Source of the DNA: Anaerolineae bacterium
GTDB taxonomy: Bacteria; Chloroflexota; Anaerolineae; S140-20
Assembly: GCA_027021705.1 (NCBI GenBank)
Contig: JALUTT010000002.1
Span: 11,650-75,649 of the forward strand
Direction: 5' to 3'
DNA length: 64,000 bases
The notes beneath the pieces were generated by a model that did not search any database, was not told the origin of the DNA, and worked only from the letters and a program-made list of their open reading frames with translations. This document shows positions 19,185 to 28,328 of this stretch, piece after piece. The stretch's first letter is position 1, and the number at the start of each line of letters is the position of its first letter. The position numbers and the translations under genes were made by a program.

Positions 19185-19949
19185 CTACAGGTTGGTTAGT
19201 TGGGCAATCGTCTTCAGTTTTCCCACCAGGACGCTGCGCTCGGTGGCGATGTGGGAGATGATGTCGGCGATCCGCTGCAGCAGGGAGAGCACCCACGCGC
19301 GCCGGTCCTGCTCCAGATGGTAGACCTCCTCCAGGTGGGGGATCAGGACCTCCGGCGAGACCTCAAAGGTGGCGGCGATGGCCTCGATCTCCTCCTGAGA
19401 CGGGGGCCAGCGGTCGGGGGCGATGCCGCCCACGATGACCATCCCTTTCAGTTCAGAGCCGACGCGTACGAAGGCGCGGGCGCAGAGGAGTCCCAGGTGG
19501 CTCCGGGTGAACTTGGGCTCCAGTTCGACCGTAGCAGCCAGGCCCTGCCATCCCTCGATGCACTTCTGGAGGGCGTTGGTGTGTTGGTTGATGGCGGAGA
19601 AGAGGCCGCACGGATTGCTCAACCGGGTGATGGGGCGGACCTGCATGTCGGTGATGATCAGCATCAGGCCCAGCGCCTCGGCGAAGGTGTCTTGGATCAG
19701 TTGGACGCATTCTAGGGGCAGCAGGGAAGCCAGGTCATCGTCGGCAGGGGGGGAGGGGGTGAGTTGCAACGAGGGTGTTGAGCCGTTCACCTGGGCCTGA
19801 AGCCATTCCTTCACCCGGTCGGCCGGGAAACGCCACAGCCGGCCCACCTTGATGGCCGGAATCTGACCGGCCTCGGCCATCCGGTAGATGGTCGAGCGGT
19901 CCACCTGGAGCAACTCCTGCATATCCTTCGCGGTCAGCATTTCCGCCAT
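19185..19949 (-). CDS. Transcriptional regulator: excisionase-like HTH_17 plus PocR ligand-binding domain
   Basis: LTAKDMQELLQVDRSTIYRMAEAGQIPAIKVGRLWRF followed by LIQDTFAEALG..IITD..SNPCGL. Confidence 0.85.
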   Translation of the reverse strand: MAEMLTAKDMQELLQVDRSTIYRMAEAGQIPAIKVGRLWRFPADRVKEWLQAQVNGSTPSLQLTPSPPADDDLASLLPLECVQLIQDTFAEALGLMLIITDMQVRPITRLSNPCGLFSAINQHTNALQKCIEGWQGLAATVELEPKFTRSHLGLLCARAFVRVGSELKGMVIVGGIAPDRWPPSQEEIEAIAATFEVSPEVLIPHLEEVYHLEQDRRAWVLSLLQRIADIISHIATERSVLVGKLKTIAQLTNL

Positions 19950-20045
19950 ACTGTCCCTCCCCCAGTTATTGTGATAACCGGAACTTTCGCGCTTATTGTA
20001 CCCTGCCTTTTTCTGCACGATAAGTGATATATTGCAGGATTCAAA

Positions 20046-20114
20046 CGTGATAAGTGTCACAATATGCAGAAAAGGAAACAAGATGCAGAATATGCAAAGT
20101 GTGCAGGGCTAGCA
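20046..20114. promoter_or_regulatory. Putative operator: CRP-like palindrome plus 9-bp-periodic nGCA repeats
   Basis: CGTGA-TAAGTG-TCACA at 20046-20061; nGCA at 20084, 20093, 20102 and 20111; same layout at 30196. Confidence 0.65.
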
Positions 20115-20220
20115 TAGATCTGAAGCGTTGGCCGGCGTGGATAACCCTGAGTCAAGACTCCCGAAGTCTGCCAGACCTCAGGAGTCTCCCAACACTTATT
20201 CGCGCTAACGGGCCTTGTGG

Positions 20221-20706
20221 TCAGCCGAGGGAAGGGGTCAAGCGGGCGTCGGGGGGAACCGTCTGGGTGCGGTCTATGACCACCTGGCGGTCAGCATTTT
20301 GCCGCAGCGCCAGGTGGGGCAGGGGGTGGGCGGCAGGACCGGCCTCCACGGTCCCGTCGGGAGCGAAGCGGCTGCCGTGGCAGGGGCAGCGGAACCCCTC
20401 CGGCGTCTGGTCCACCAGGCAGCCCAGATGGGTGCAGACGGCGGAGATGGCGAAGTAGCCGTGCTCGTCCCGGGCCAGGTAGGCCCGGGCCGGCGCGATG
20501 TAGAGGAGGCCGCCGGGGGCGAGGGAGGAAGCGTCCGGAACCGGGACGGGCGGCGGCGCTGGCGTGGTGATGGGCGGGGTGAGGAAACGCCAGAGGGCTC
20601 GCACCGAGCCCAGGAGGGCGAGGACCAGGCTGCCACCCAGCAGCCGGCCCAGGAAGGTCCGGCGGCTCATCCCCTCTCTCGTTCGGGAGGCGTCGTGCTC
20701 GTTCAT
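20221..20706 (-). CDS. Rieske [2Fe-2S] protein with Tat anchor
   Basis: SRRTFL, CTHLGC and CPCHGS motifs. Confidence 0.95.
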   Translation of the reverse strand: MNEHDASRTREGMSRRTFLGRLLGGSLVLALLGSVRALWRFLTPPITTPAPPPVPVPDASSLAPGGLLYIAPARAYLARDEHGYFAISAVCTHLGCLVDQTPEGFRCPCHGSRFAPDGTVEAGPAAHPLPHLALRQNADRQVVIDRTQTVPPDARLTPSLG

Positions 20707-20721
20707 TGGACTTGCGTTCCG

Positions 20722-22179
20722 TTACGGTGGTGACAGGAACGGCTTCAGCGCGTCGTCGCGCGGATAGGCGTGACAGGCGTGGCAGTAACGCGATTCCTGC
20801 TCGTCGGGTTTCTGTTGGCAGGCGCTCCCGTAGACCAGCGGCACCTCCACCTCTTCTCCCGACACCTTGAGGGTCTCCACGAAGCGGCCCGGTGCCACCT
20901 CTCGGACGGCCCACATCTTCTCTCCCCTAGGGGTGACGACCACCCGGTCGCCCACCCGGAGCTTCCCGTGGCCGTTGAGTTGGGCCTGGCGCATCGCCGG
21001 CTCGTCCTCGGCCGTGATGGGGGCCGTCTGAGGGAGCTCCCACAGCGTGCCGTGGCAGGTGCGGCACCGGACCACCTGGCTGTCGGTGACGGCATCGGCG
21101 ATGTGGCCGTTCCCCATCACCTCGTCGCTGGTATGACAGTCTATGCAGTCCAGCTCCCACTCGCAGAGGGTGAACTGGCCGATGGGCTGGTAGTACTCGG
21201 CCAGGCGGCGCTGCTGGCGGGGCAGGAAGTCGGAGAGGGAGGGGCCGGCCGGCGGCAGGTCCGGGCGTGGCGTGAAGGCCATCGTGCGCAGGGAGTAGTT
21301 GCCCCGGTTGTGGCAGTGGTTGCACTGGGAGAAGGGGATGGCGGTGGTCAGGCGGTGCAGCCGGCCGTGGCCGGGCTCGTCCCGAGGGATGGTGGGGTCC
21401 TGGCCCCGGTAGAGGCCGTCGTCGGCGTAGAGGTAGTGGCAGGCGGCACAACCGGTGCTGCGGTAGCGGTAAGGCTGGGGCGTCGCCGGCTCCGACAGGT
21501 GGCAGCCGCCCTCCAGGCAGGATCGACGGAAGCGGGTGTCTATGGGATGTCCGGAAGCGGTGACGCCCTGGGCGGCGAGGGCCGGCATCAGCTCGTCGGG
21601 GGCGGAGACGGGCAGGGGCTTCAGCGCGGCGACGAAGCCGGGCGGTGGGTTCGGGTCCTGGGCAGCCATCACCCCGTAGCGCCCCTCCTGGTCGGGCTGA
21701 GCGCCGAAGGCGTGGCGCACCAGGGCGATGCCGCCGGCGTAGGTGGCCATCAGGCTGCGGCCAACCCGCTCCACCCCATCGCGGCCTGCTTGGCCCGTGT
21801 GGCTGTGGCAGTTGCAGGCCCGGGCCATCGTCGCGAAGCCCGAGGGGTTGCGTCCGCCCACCAGCCCGGCGTGGGCCCGCTCCCGGTCCAGGGCCAGCCC
21901 GTTGCCACCGTGGCAGCTCACGCAGCCGAAGGTCTCCAGGGGATGGCTGGGGCTGATCTCCTCGATGCCCACGTGGCAGGTCGTGCACAGCTCCGGCTGG
22001 CCTGTCCGCGAGGGGGTGATGGACCGGATGCCCAGAGGGATGGGATCGTCGGGATGGGCGGCGTTGTAGCGGCGTTGCCATTGCTGCCACTCGGCCTGCC
22101 CGGTCCGCCACCAGGCGAAGGCCATCGCCAGGAGCAGAAAGAGGGCAGCTCCCACCGTCCACCGGACCGGATGCTTCAC
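20722..22179 (-). CDS. Membrane-anchored multiheme cytochrome c
   Basis: Seven CxxCH motifs (CTTCH, CVSCH, CAACH, CNHCH, CIDCH, CRTCH, CHACH) plus atypical CNCH and CLEGGCH; N-terminal TM helix. Confidence 0.92.
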   Translation of the reverse strand: MKHPVRWTVGAALFLLLAMAFAWWRTGQAEWQQWQRRYNAAHPDDPIPLGIRSITPSRTGQPELCTTCHVGIEEISPSHPLETFGCVSCHGGNGLALDRERAHAGLVGGRNPSGFATMARACNCHSHTGQAGRDGVERVGRSLMATYAGGIALVRHAFGAQPDQEGRYGVMAAQDPNPPPGFVAALKPLPVSAPDELMPALAAQGVTASGHPIDTRFRRSCLEGGCHLSEPATPQPYRYRSTGCAACHYLYADDGLYRGQDPTIPRDEPGHGRLHRLTTAIPFSQCNHCHNRGNYSLRTMAFTPRPDLPPAGPSLSDFLPRQQRRLAEYYQPIGQFTLCEWELDCIDCHTSDEVMGNGHIADAVTDSQVVRCRTCHGTLWELPQTAPITAEDEPAMRQAQLNGHGKLRVGDRVVVTPRGEKMWAVREVAPGRFVETLKVSGEEVEVPLVYGSACQQKPDEQESRYCHACHAYPRDDALKPFLSPP

Positions 22180-23249
22180 GGTATCACCTCCCCCACGGTC
22201 AAGACGATGAGGAGCAGGGCGATGAAGGCGAAGAGGGCCTGCACAGGGCCTCGTCGTCGGTCGAACCAGCGGCCGGCCCGGGCGTGGGGGTCCAGCCAGG
22301 GGATGGCGGCCAGGAGGGTGAGCAAGGCCAGCGGGATGCCCACCCCGGCCCAGAAGGGGGGGAGGTGGCGCAGCAGGCGCTGTACCCAGAGGAAGATCCA
22401 GGGAGCCTGGGCCGTGGGGGGAGGGCGGTCCAGGGAGGCAGAGGCACCTAGAGGGGCCGGGCGGAGGGCTGAGAGCAAGAGGAGCCCACCGGTGATCAGG
22501 AGGGCGGCGATGGTCTCCCGCTGGAAGAGGACTTCCTTGGAGACCATCCGGCGGGGCCGGCCCGCCGGGCGCGGAGGGCGGGAGATGCCGCCGTCCACCC
22601 GCAGCCGGAAGAGGTGGTAGACGATGCCGAAGACGACCGGGAGGGTCAAGCCGATGACGTGCCAGCCGTAGAAGCGGAGCAGGGCCGCCTCCCCGATCTG
22701 CCGGTCGCCCACCAGCACCAGGTAGAGGGACCGGCCCAGATGGGGGATCCGACCGACCAGGTTGGTGCCCACCAGCAGGGCCCAGTGGGCGCCCTCATCC
22801 CAGCGCAACACGTAACCGCTGAAGTCCCAGAGCAGGACGAGGACCAGCAGGCCGAGCCCGATCAGCCAGTTGAGGCGGCGGGGGCGGGCGTAGGCCCCGG
22901 TGAAGACGATGCGGGCCATGTGGAGCGTGACGGCCAGGACGAAGAGCTGGGCGGCCCAGTAGTGGAGCGCCCGGATCAGGCTGCCAAAGGCCACCACGTC
23001 TTCGATCAGGACGATGGAGGCGTGGGCCTCCTCCGGCGTGGGCTGGTAGTAGAGGGTGAGGAAGAGCCCGGTCAGGATGGTGAGGGTGGCGGCCAGGATG
23101 CTGATGCCGCCCAGACCGAAGGTGTAGGTGAGGCGGATGCTCTCGGCCGGGAGGCGGTCCGGGTGCAGGGCGTAGAGGATAGATTGGTGTCTCTGCCAGA
23201 GACGGCGGCGCCGTCGGGTAGAAGTGAGGACGCGCATCATCCTCGTCAT
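22176..23249 (-). CDS. Cytochrome b (bc-complex type)
   Basis: Heme His pairs RALHYW..LHMAR and GWHV..YHLF; SGYVLRWD; real start at MTRMMRV. Confidence 0.9.
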   Translation of the reverse strand: MTRMMRVLTSTRRRRRLWQRHQSILYALHPDRLPAESIRLTYTFGLGGISILAATLTILTGLFLTLYYQPTPEEAHASIVLIEDVVAFGSLIRALHYWAAQLFVLAVTLHMARIVFTGAYARPRRLNWLIGLGLLVLVLLWDFSGYVLRWDEGAHWALLVGTNLVGRIPHLGRSLYLVLVGDRQIGEAALLRFYGWHVIGLTLPVVFGIVYHLFRLRVDGGISRPPRPAGRPRRMVSKEVLFQRETIAALLITGGLLLLSALRPAPLGASASLDRPPPTAQAPWIFLWVQRLLRHLPPFWAGVGIPLALLTLLAAIPWLDPHARAGRWFDRRRGPVQALFAFIALLLIVLTVGEVIP

Positions 23250-23284
23250 CGGATCCCCTCCACAGGCTACCCGAGCCCCTGGGG

Positions 23285-24322
23285 TCAGCGGGCGAAGACG
23301 GGTAGGAAGTGGGAGAGCTGCCCGGCGTAGACGAAGACGTAGCGCAGCAGGAAGCCGCCGATCAGCACCAAGAGGCTGCTGGCCAGGCTCAACTGCCGGC
23401 GGTACTTGATGGCCCCCTCCTTCAGGATGATGGGGAAGAGCTCGTACCCCTCGACGGCCAGGGGGAGCAGCAGGCCCAGCCCGATCACGCCGATCCAGAA
23501 GGGGGCGGTGAAAGGCCCTCCCAGGATCAGCTTGAGCGAGGCGGCCGAGCTCCAGGTGTTCAGCGTCTGGTGCAGGAAGAAGGGGATGATGATGAAGATC
23601 TCCAGCACGATCAGCACGGCGTCCACCGAGACCAGCAGGTGCCGTTCGTGCTCCAGGGCTGCCGGGTCCAGCAGGTCTCCCACCAGGGTGGCGACCAGCA
23701 GGAGGAAGGCCACGCCGGTGGACATAGCCGAGAAGAGGAAGAGCTGGGCGACCATCGGGGTGTTCCAGAAGGGGCGGGCCGGGATAGCTCCCAGGAGGAC
23801 GCCGGTGTACATCCCTACGCCCAGGGAGATGGGAAAGCCGACGGCGGCCAGCACCCCTCGCCCGATGCGCACCGTCCGGGAGGGGATCGGCTGCCAGCGG
23901 GCAGGGGCGAGGAGGTCGCCGACGCGCTGGGGAACCCGGATCAGGTTGCGCAGGGGCCGGGGCAGCCAGAGGACCAGGTAGAGGAGCGAGACGATGACGA
24001 AGAGGGTCAGCAGCCAGCTCCCGATGGACATGGGCGAGGTAAACTGGATGGTGGTGAAGAGCAGCCAGAAGTGCAGAGGGCGTCCCAGGTCGAAGACGAG
24101 CATGGCGAGGCCCAACATCAGGGGCCAGGGGGCCAGCAGGGCTCCCAGCCTGGCGATGCGGCGGTAGCGCCCGCCGCCCAGGTAGGTGGCCAGGCCGGAC
24201 ATGGCGAAGATCCCGGCGCTGATGCCGGCGGTGTAGAGGTAGATGACCACCAGCAGGCCCCATTCGATCGTCGTCGGTGATCCGCTGTAGCCTTGGAGAA
24301 AAGGGTCGTAGGTTGTGGGCAT
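23285..24322 (-). CDS. psrC: NrfD/PsrC family membrane anchor
   Basis: WGLLVVIYLY, DLGRP, SPMSIGSWLL, YTGVLL..RPFWN and GGFLLRY motifs. Confidence 0.92.
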   Translation of the reverse strand: MPTTYDPFLQGYSGSPTTIEWGLLVVIYLYTAGISAGIFAMSGLATYLGGGRYRRIARLGALLAPWPLMLGLAMLVFDLGRPLHFWLLFTTIQFTSPMSIGSWLLTLFVIVSLLYLVLWLPRPLRNLIRVPQRVGDLLAPARWQPIPSRTVRIGRGVLAAVGFPISLGVGMYTGVLLGAIPARPFWNTPMVAQLFLFSAMSTGVAFLLLVATLVGDLLDPAALEHERHLLVSVDAVLIVLEIFIIIPFFLHQTLNTWSSAASLKLILGGPFTAPFWIGVIGLGLLLPLAVEGYELFPIILKEGAIKYRRQLSLASSLLVLIGGFLLRYVFVYAGQLSHFLPVFAR

Positions 24323-24337
24323 CGTGCACCTGCCTCT

Positions 24338-24901
24338 CTAGTCCACGAGGTAGAAGATGGCCGGCCCGGTTCCCGCTTCGGGGTAGAGGGTGTAGTGTTG
24401 GTGGGTGGCGAGCAGCTTGGAGACCTCGCTCTCGGGGTCGTTGAGGTCGCCGAAGTGGCGAGCTCCTCCCACGCAGGTCTCCACGCAGGCCGGAGGCTGC
24501 CCGGCGTCCAGACGGTGCACGCAGAAGGTGCACTTGTCCACCACGCCCCGCTCTTCGTCGAAGTAGCGGGCGTCGTAGGGGCAGGCCTGGATGCAGTAGC
24601 GGCAGCCGATGCACCGGTCGTAGTCAATGAGCACCAGCCCGTCCTCCCGGCGGTAGGTCGCGCCGGTGGGGCAGACCCGCTCGCAGGGCGGGTTGGTGCA
24701 GTGGTGGCAGTTCTCCGGCGCGAAGAAGAGGCTGACGTCGGGATAGCTCCCTTTGGTCTGGTGGGCGATCCAGTTGCGGTGATGTCCGATGGGCACGTTG
24801 TTCTCGACCGAGCAGGCGACCATACAGGCTTCACAGTCTATGCACCGCTTGGGCTCCATCACGAAGACCCAGCGGGGCGTCTTCTTCGTCGTATCCGCCA
24901 T
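24338..24901 (-). CDS. psrB: 4Fe-4S electron-transfer subunit (PsrB/NrfC-like)
   Basis: CIDCEACMVAC, CHHCTNPPCERVCP, CIGCRYCIQACP and KCTFC motifs. Confidence 0.93.
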   Translation of the reverse strand: MADTTKKTPRWVFVMEPKRCIDCEACMVACSVENNVPIGHHRNWIAHQTKGSYPDVSLFFAPENCHHCTNPPCERVCPTGATYRREDGLVLIDYDRCIGCRYCIQACPYDARYFDEERGVVDKCTFCVHRLDAGQPPACVETCVGGARHFGDLNDPESEVSKLLATHQHYTLYPEAGTGPAIFYLVD

Positions 24902-24914
24902 CGTCGTTCACTCC

Positions 24915-27161
24915 CTACGCTTTGGTGACCTTCACCATCGTCTGGCTGAGGGCCTGCGAGCCGGTGATGGGGTCGGTGAAGGTGAGGTGCAGGTCCGAAT
25001 CGCTGGCCCCGGCCCCGTAGGCCGTGCGCAGCCCCTTGCTCAGATGGCCGAAGCCGGGCGTCATGTAGACGCAGTCGGGGCGGATCCGTTCGGTCACGTG
25101 GGCCCGGGTCTTCACCCGACCGGCGGCGCTCTCCACCCACACTTCGTCGCCGTCGGCGATCCCCCGGGCGGCGGCGGCCTTGGGGTGGATCCAGAGGGGG
25201 TTGTCCGGCACCCGCTCGTGGAGCAGCCGGTTGTTGTGGGTGGCGAACTGGGTGTGCTGGGCCACCTTGCCCGTCAGCAGGTAGAACTGGCCTTCAAAGG
25301 GCTCCGGCGGCGCTTCCCAGGTGGGCACGGCGGGAAAGCCGGCGTTGCGCAGCACCTCGCTGGCCAGCTCGATCTTGCCGCTGGGGGTGTTCCAGCTCAG
25401 CGTAGGCTTCCCCTCCGCCTCGGCCGGGGCGGTTTCCGGCAGCCGGTAGAAGCCCCGCTCCTTCAGCTCCTCCAGCGTGATCTCCAGCGGGGCGAGTTGT
25501 TGCCGCAGGTAGTCCTCCTCGTCCTCGTAGGGGAAGTAGTCGCCCAGGCCCAGCCGCTCGCCCAGTTGCTTGAAGATCCACAAGCCCGACCGGCTCTCCC
25601 CCAGAGGCTCGACGGCCGGCTGGCGGATGAAGACGATGCCGTCCACCACCGTCAGTGGGTCGTACCGCTCCAGGTAGCTGGCCTCGGGCAGGACCACGTC
25701 GCTGAACCAGGCGGTGTCGTTCATCGCGATGTCAATGGTGACGATGAACTCCAGCTTGCTGAAGGCTTCCAGTGTCTTGCGACGCTCGGGCAGGGCGTTG
25801 ACCGGGTTCTGGCGGTAGATGAACCAGCCCTTGGCCTGGTAGGGTTCGCCCCGCAGGATGTTGTCGCGGATCTCCTGGAAGACGCCCAGCTTCAGGGGCA
25901 CCAGCGGGTACTTCCAGGGCACGCCGTCCAGCCGCAGGGCGGCCACGCGCGGGTAGGGGGGGTGGGGGAGGGAGGCCAGGCCGGCCCCTTCCTCGCCGGC
26001 GGCCGGCTGGAGGCCGCCGGGCTGCCCCCAGTTGCCCACCAGCGCGTTCAGGATGGCGATGGCCCGCTCCGTCTGGAAGGAGTTGAGGAAGTTGCTGGTG
26101 CGCCAGTTGGGGTGGGCGAAGGCGTGGGGGGCTGCCAGGGCGAACTCGTGGGCGATCCGCCGGATGGTCGAGGCCGGGATCTCCGTCTTGGTGGCGGCCC
26201 ACTCCGGCGTGTAGTCGCGCACCGCCTCCTTGAGCTCGTCGAAGCCCACGGTGTAGGCTTCCACGAAGGCGTGGTCGTAGAGGTCGTTGTAGATGATCTC
26301 GTGGATCAGCGCCAGGTGGAAGGCCAGGTCGGTCCCCGGCTTGATGGGCAGCCATTCCGTGGCCTTGGCTGCCGTCTTGGTGAAGCGGGGGTCCAGCACA
26401 ACGACCTTGGCCCCCCGGGCGATGGCCGCCACCAGCGCCTGGCTCTCCGAGTTGGAGATGGCCTCCAGCAGGTTGCGGCCCGTGTAGATGATGTACTGGG
26501 CAGCGCTGTAGTCGCGGCCCGGCTCCTGCACCCCGTAGGTGAGCAGGTTGGCGACGATCATCGCGTTGAAGCAGAGGGAGCGCTGGGTCCCGTAGTTGGG
26601 CGAGCCGTAGGCTTTCAGCAAGTTCTCGAAAACGGGCTGGAGCAGGTTGTGGGTGGTGCTGAAGATCATCGCCTCGGGGCCGTATTTTTCCTTGATCTCC
26701 AGCATTCGCTCCGCCACGTAGTCCAGGGCTTGCTCCCAGGAGACGCGCTGCCACTTGCCGCTGCCCCGCTCGCCGGCCCGGATCATCGGGTAGAGCAGGC
26801 GGTCGGGGTCGTAGAGGGTGGCCACCCCCGCCTGCCCTCGGGGGCAGAGCATCCCGTTGGAGTGGGGGTGATGGGGGTTGCCGTCCAGCTTGTAGACCTT
26901 CCCGTCCTTGACCTTGGCGACCAGGCCGCAGCGCCAGACGCACTGCTCGCACAAAGAGTAGACCTCGCGGTCGAAGACGACGGGCGGGAGCGGTTTCAGT
27001 CCACCGTCCGGCGAGAGGGACGGCTCCAAGGAGAGGCGGGGGAGCCGCAGCCCCAGCCCCAGGGCGGCCAGGGTCCCGGCGCTCACCCCTAGGAAAGTCC
27101 GCCGGCTGATGGGGCGGTCCAACACCGACGGTTCGGGTGCTTCACGTCCTTTCTTGCTCAT
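24915..27161 (-). CDS. psrA: Polysulfide/thiosulfate reductase-like molybdopterin catalytic subunit
   Basis: Tat motif SRRTFL, FS0 motif CEQCVWRC..LCPRG, Mo ligand region QRSLCF, DVVLPEASYLER. Confidence 0.88.
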   Translation of the reverse strand: MSKKGREAPEPSVLDRPISRRTFLGVSAGTLAALGLGLRLPRLSLEPSLSPDGGLKPLPPVVFDREVYSLCEQCVWRCGLVAKVKDGKVYKLDGNPHHPHSNGMLCPRGQAGVATLYDPDRLLYPMIRAGERGSGKWQRVSWEQALDYVAERMLEIKEKYGPEAMIFSTTHNLLQPVFENLLKAYGSPNYGTQRSLCFNAMIVANLLTYGVQEPGRDYSAAQYIIYTGRNLLEAISNSESQALVAAIARGAKVVVLDPRFTKTAAKATEWLPIKPGTDLAFHLALIHEIIYNDLYDHAFVEAYTVGFDELKEAVRDYTPEWAATKTEIPASTIRRIAHEFALAAPHAFAHPNWRTSNFLNSFQTERAIAILNALVGNWGQPGGLQPAAGEEGAGLASLPHPPYPRVAALRLDGVPWKYPLVPLKLGVFQEIRDNILRGEPYQAKGWFIYRQNPVNALPERRKTLEAFSKLEFIVTIDIAMNDTAWFSDVVLPEASYLERYDPLTVVDGIVFIRQPAVEPLGESRSGLWIFKQLGERLGLGDYFPYEDEEDYLRQQLAPLEITLEELKERGFYRLPETAPAEAEGKPTLSWNTPSGKIELASEVLRNAGFPAVPTWEAPPEPFEGQFYLLTGKVAQHTQFATHNNRLLHERVPDNPLWIHPKAAAARGIADGDEVWVESAAGRVKTRAHVTERIRPDCVYMTPGFGHLSKGLRTAYGAGASDSDLHLTFTDPITGSQALSQTMVKVTKA

Positions 27162-27183
27162 CTCGCGTTTCCCCTTTGGCGTT

Positions 27184-27762
27184 TTACGCTTTCTGTCCTG
27201 TGCTCCCCACCTGGTCGGCCTTCGCCCTGGGGTCGCCCGTCTTGCCCAGGACGTAGAAGAGGATCAGCGTGATCTCCGTGAACAGGATGATCAGCAACCA
27301 GGGGTTGGCGTGGATCAGGTCTGCCAGGACGACGCTACCCAGGTTGGCCAGGGCCGAGATCTTGGGGAAGACCTGCGGGTAGGTCAGGCCGTAGAGGATG
27401 GCCCCGACCAGGAAGCCCAACATCCCGGGGATCAGGTAGTCCAGGTTGCCTTGGCCGCCACCGGCGACGCAGGTTCCCGGTCAGAAGCCCGCCAGGGCCA
27501 TGCCCACGCCGAAGATCAGCCCGCCCACCAGGTTGCCGACGACGTAGGTGGGGGTGATTTTCATCAGTGTGATCACGCCCAGGGCTTGCAGGCCGTAGAG
27601 GCCGATCATCCCCACGACCAGGGCGGACATCATGAACTTGAGCACGGCCAGGTCCGTGAAGCGGAAGACGTTGACGATCTTGGAGTACTTGGTCAGGCCG
27701 GCCTTCTGCAGCAGCCAGCCGAAGCAGAAGCCGAAGATCAGCGCGAGCAGGTAGTCGAGCAT
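27184..27762 (-). CDS. YeeE/YedE family sulfur-compound transporter, probable selenoprotein (in-frame UGA at 27481-27483)
   Basis: The two track ORFs are in frame; read-through gives GMALAGF-U-PGTCVAGGGQGNLDY, with UGA at the conserved GxCPG Cys; a hairpin follows directly. Confidence 0.85.
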
Positions 27763-27772
27763 CGTATTCCCC

Positions 27773-28309
27773 CTAGAACTTGCTGCCGTAGAGGATCATC
27801 GCGGTCACGATGCCGGAGACGAACATACCGGCGATGAAGATGAAGGCGGCGGGAGCCAGGGCGATCCCCCCGGCGATGGCCAGCCCGCTGGTGCAGCCGC
27901 CGGCGATGCCTGCGCCGTACTCCAGGATGATGCCGCCGACGAAGGCGGCCACCCAGCGCTTCCAGCGGCTGGGCCCGAAGACCCGCTTCCACTGGGGGTC
28001 GGGCACCGGGTCCAGTTTGAAGGTGTCGGAGAGCTTGGAGGCGGCGAAGGCCCCGAAGAAGGCACCGACCAGCAGGATCACCTGCCAGGTGATGCCCGGC
28101 GGCATGACGAACTTGAAGTAGAGGTTCTTCTCCACCAGGTCGGGTGCCACCGCCTTCAGGATGAGCCCGCCGATGTTCTCGAAGGAGCCGGAGGCTCCGA
28201 TGGCCTGGTGGCTGAGGGCGACGATGAGGACGGCGACGATCCCCAGGCCGGCCCCCGACCAGATGGGGGACCACTCTTCTTTCCTCAGAGCGCGGATGAT
28301 CGCGTTCAC
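27773..28309 (-). CDS. YeeE/YedE family sulfur-compound transporter
   Basis: GAGIAGGCTSG motif; hydrophobic and Gly-rich. Confidence 0.9.
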   Translation of the reverse strand: MNAIIRALRKEEWSPIWSGAGLGIVAVLIVALSHQAIGASGSFENIGGLILKAVAPDLVEKNLYFKFVMPPGITWQVILLVGAFFGAFAASKLSDTFKLDPVPDPQWKRVFGPSRWKRWVAAFVGGIILEYGAGIAGGCTSGLAIAGGIALAPAAFIFIAGMFVSGIVTAMILYGSKF

Positions 28310-28328
28310 CTTTCCCTCCCTTTCTCTC

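Noticed and set aside
23250..24614. 455-aa N-terminal extension of cytochrome b in the ORF track
   Set aside because: It is an alternative frame over psrB/psrC with Arg/Pro-rich junk composition.
27184..27762. YeeE pseudogene or two small genes
   Set aside because: The single TGA falls exactly on the conserved Cys and is followed by a SECIS-like stem, so Sec read-through is more parsimonious, though unproven.
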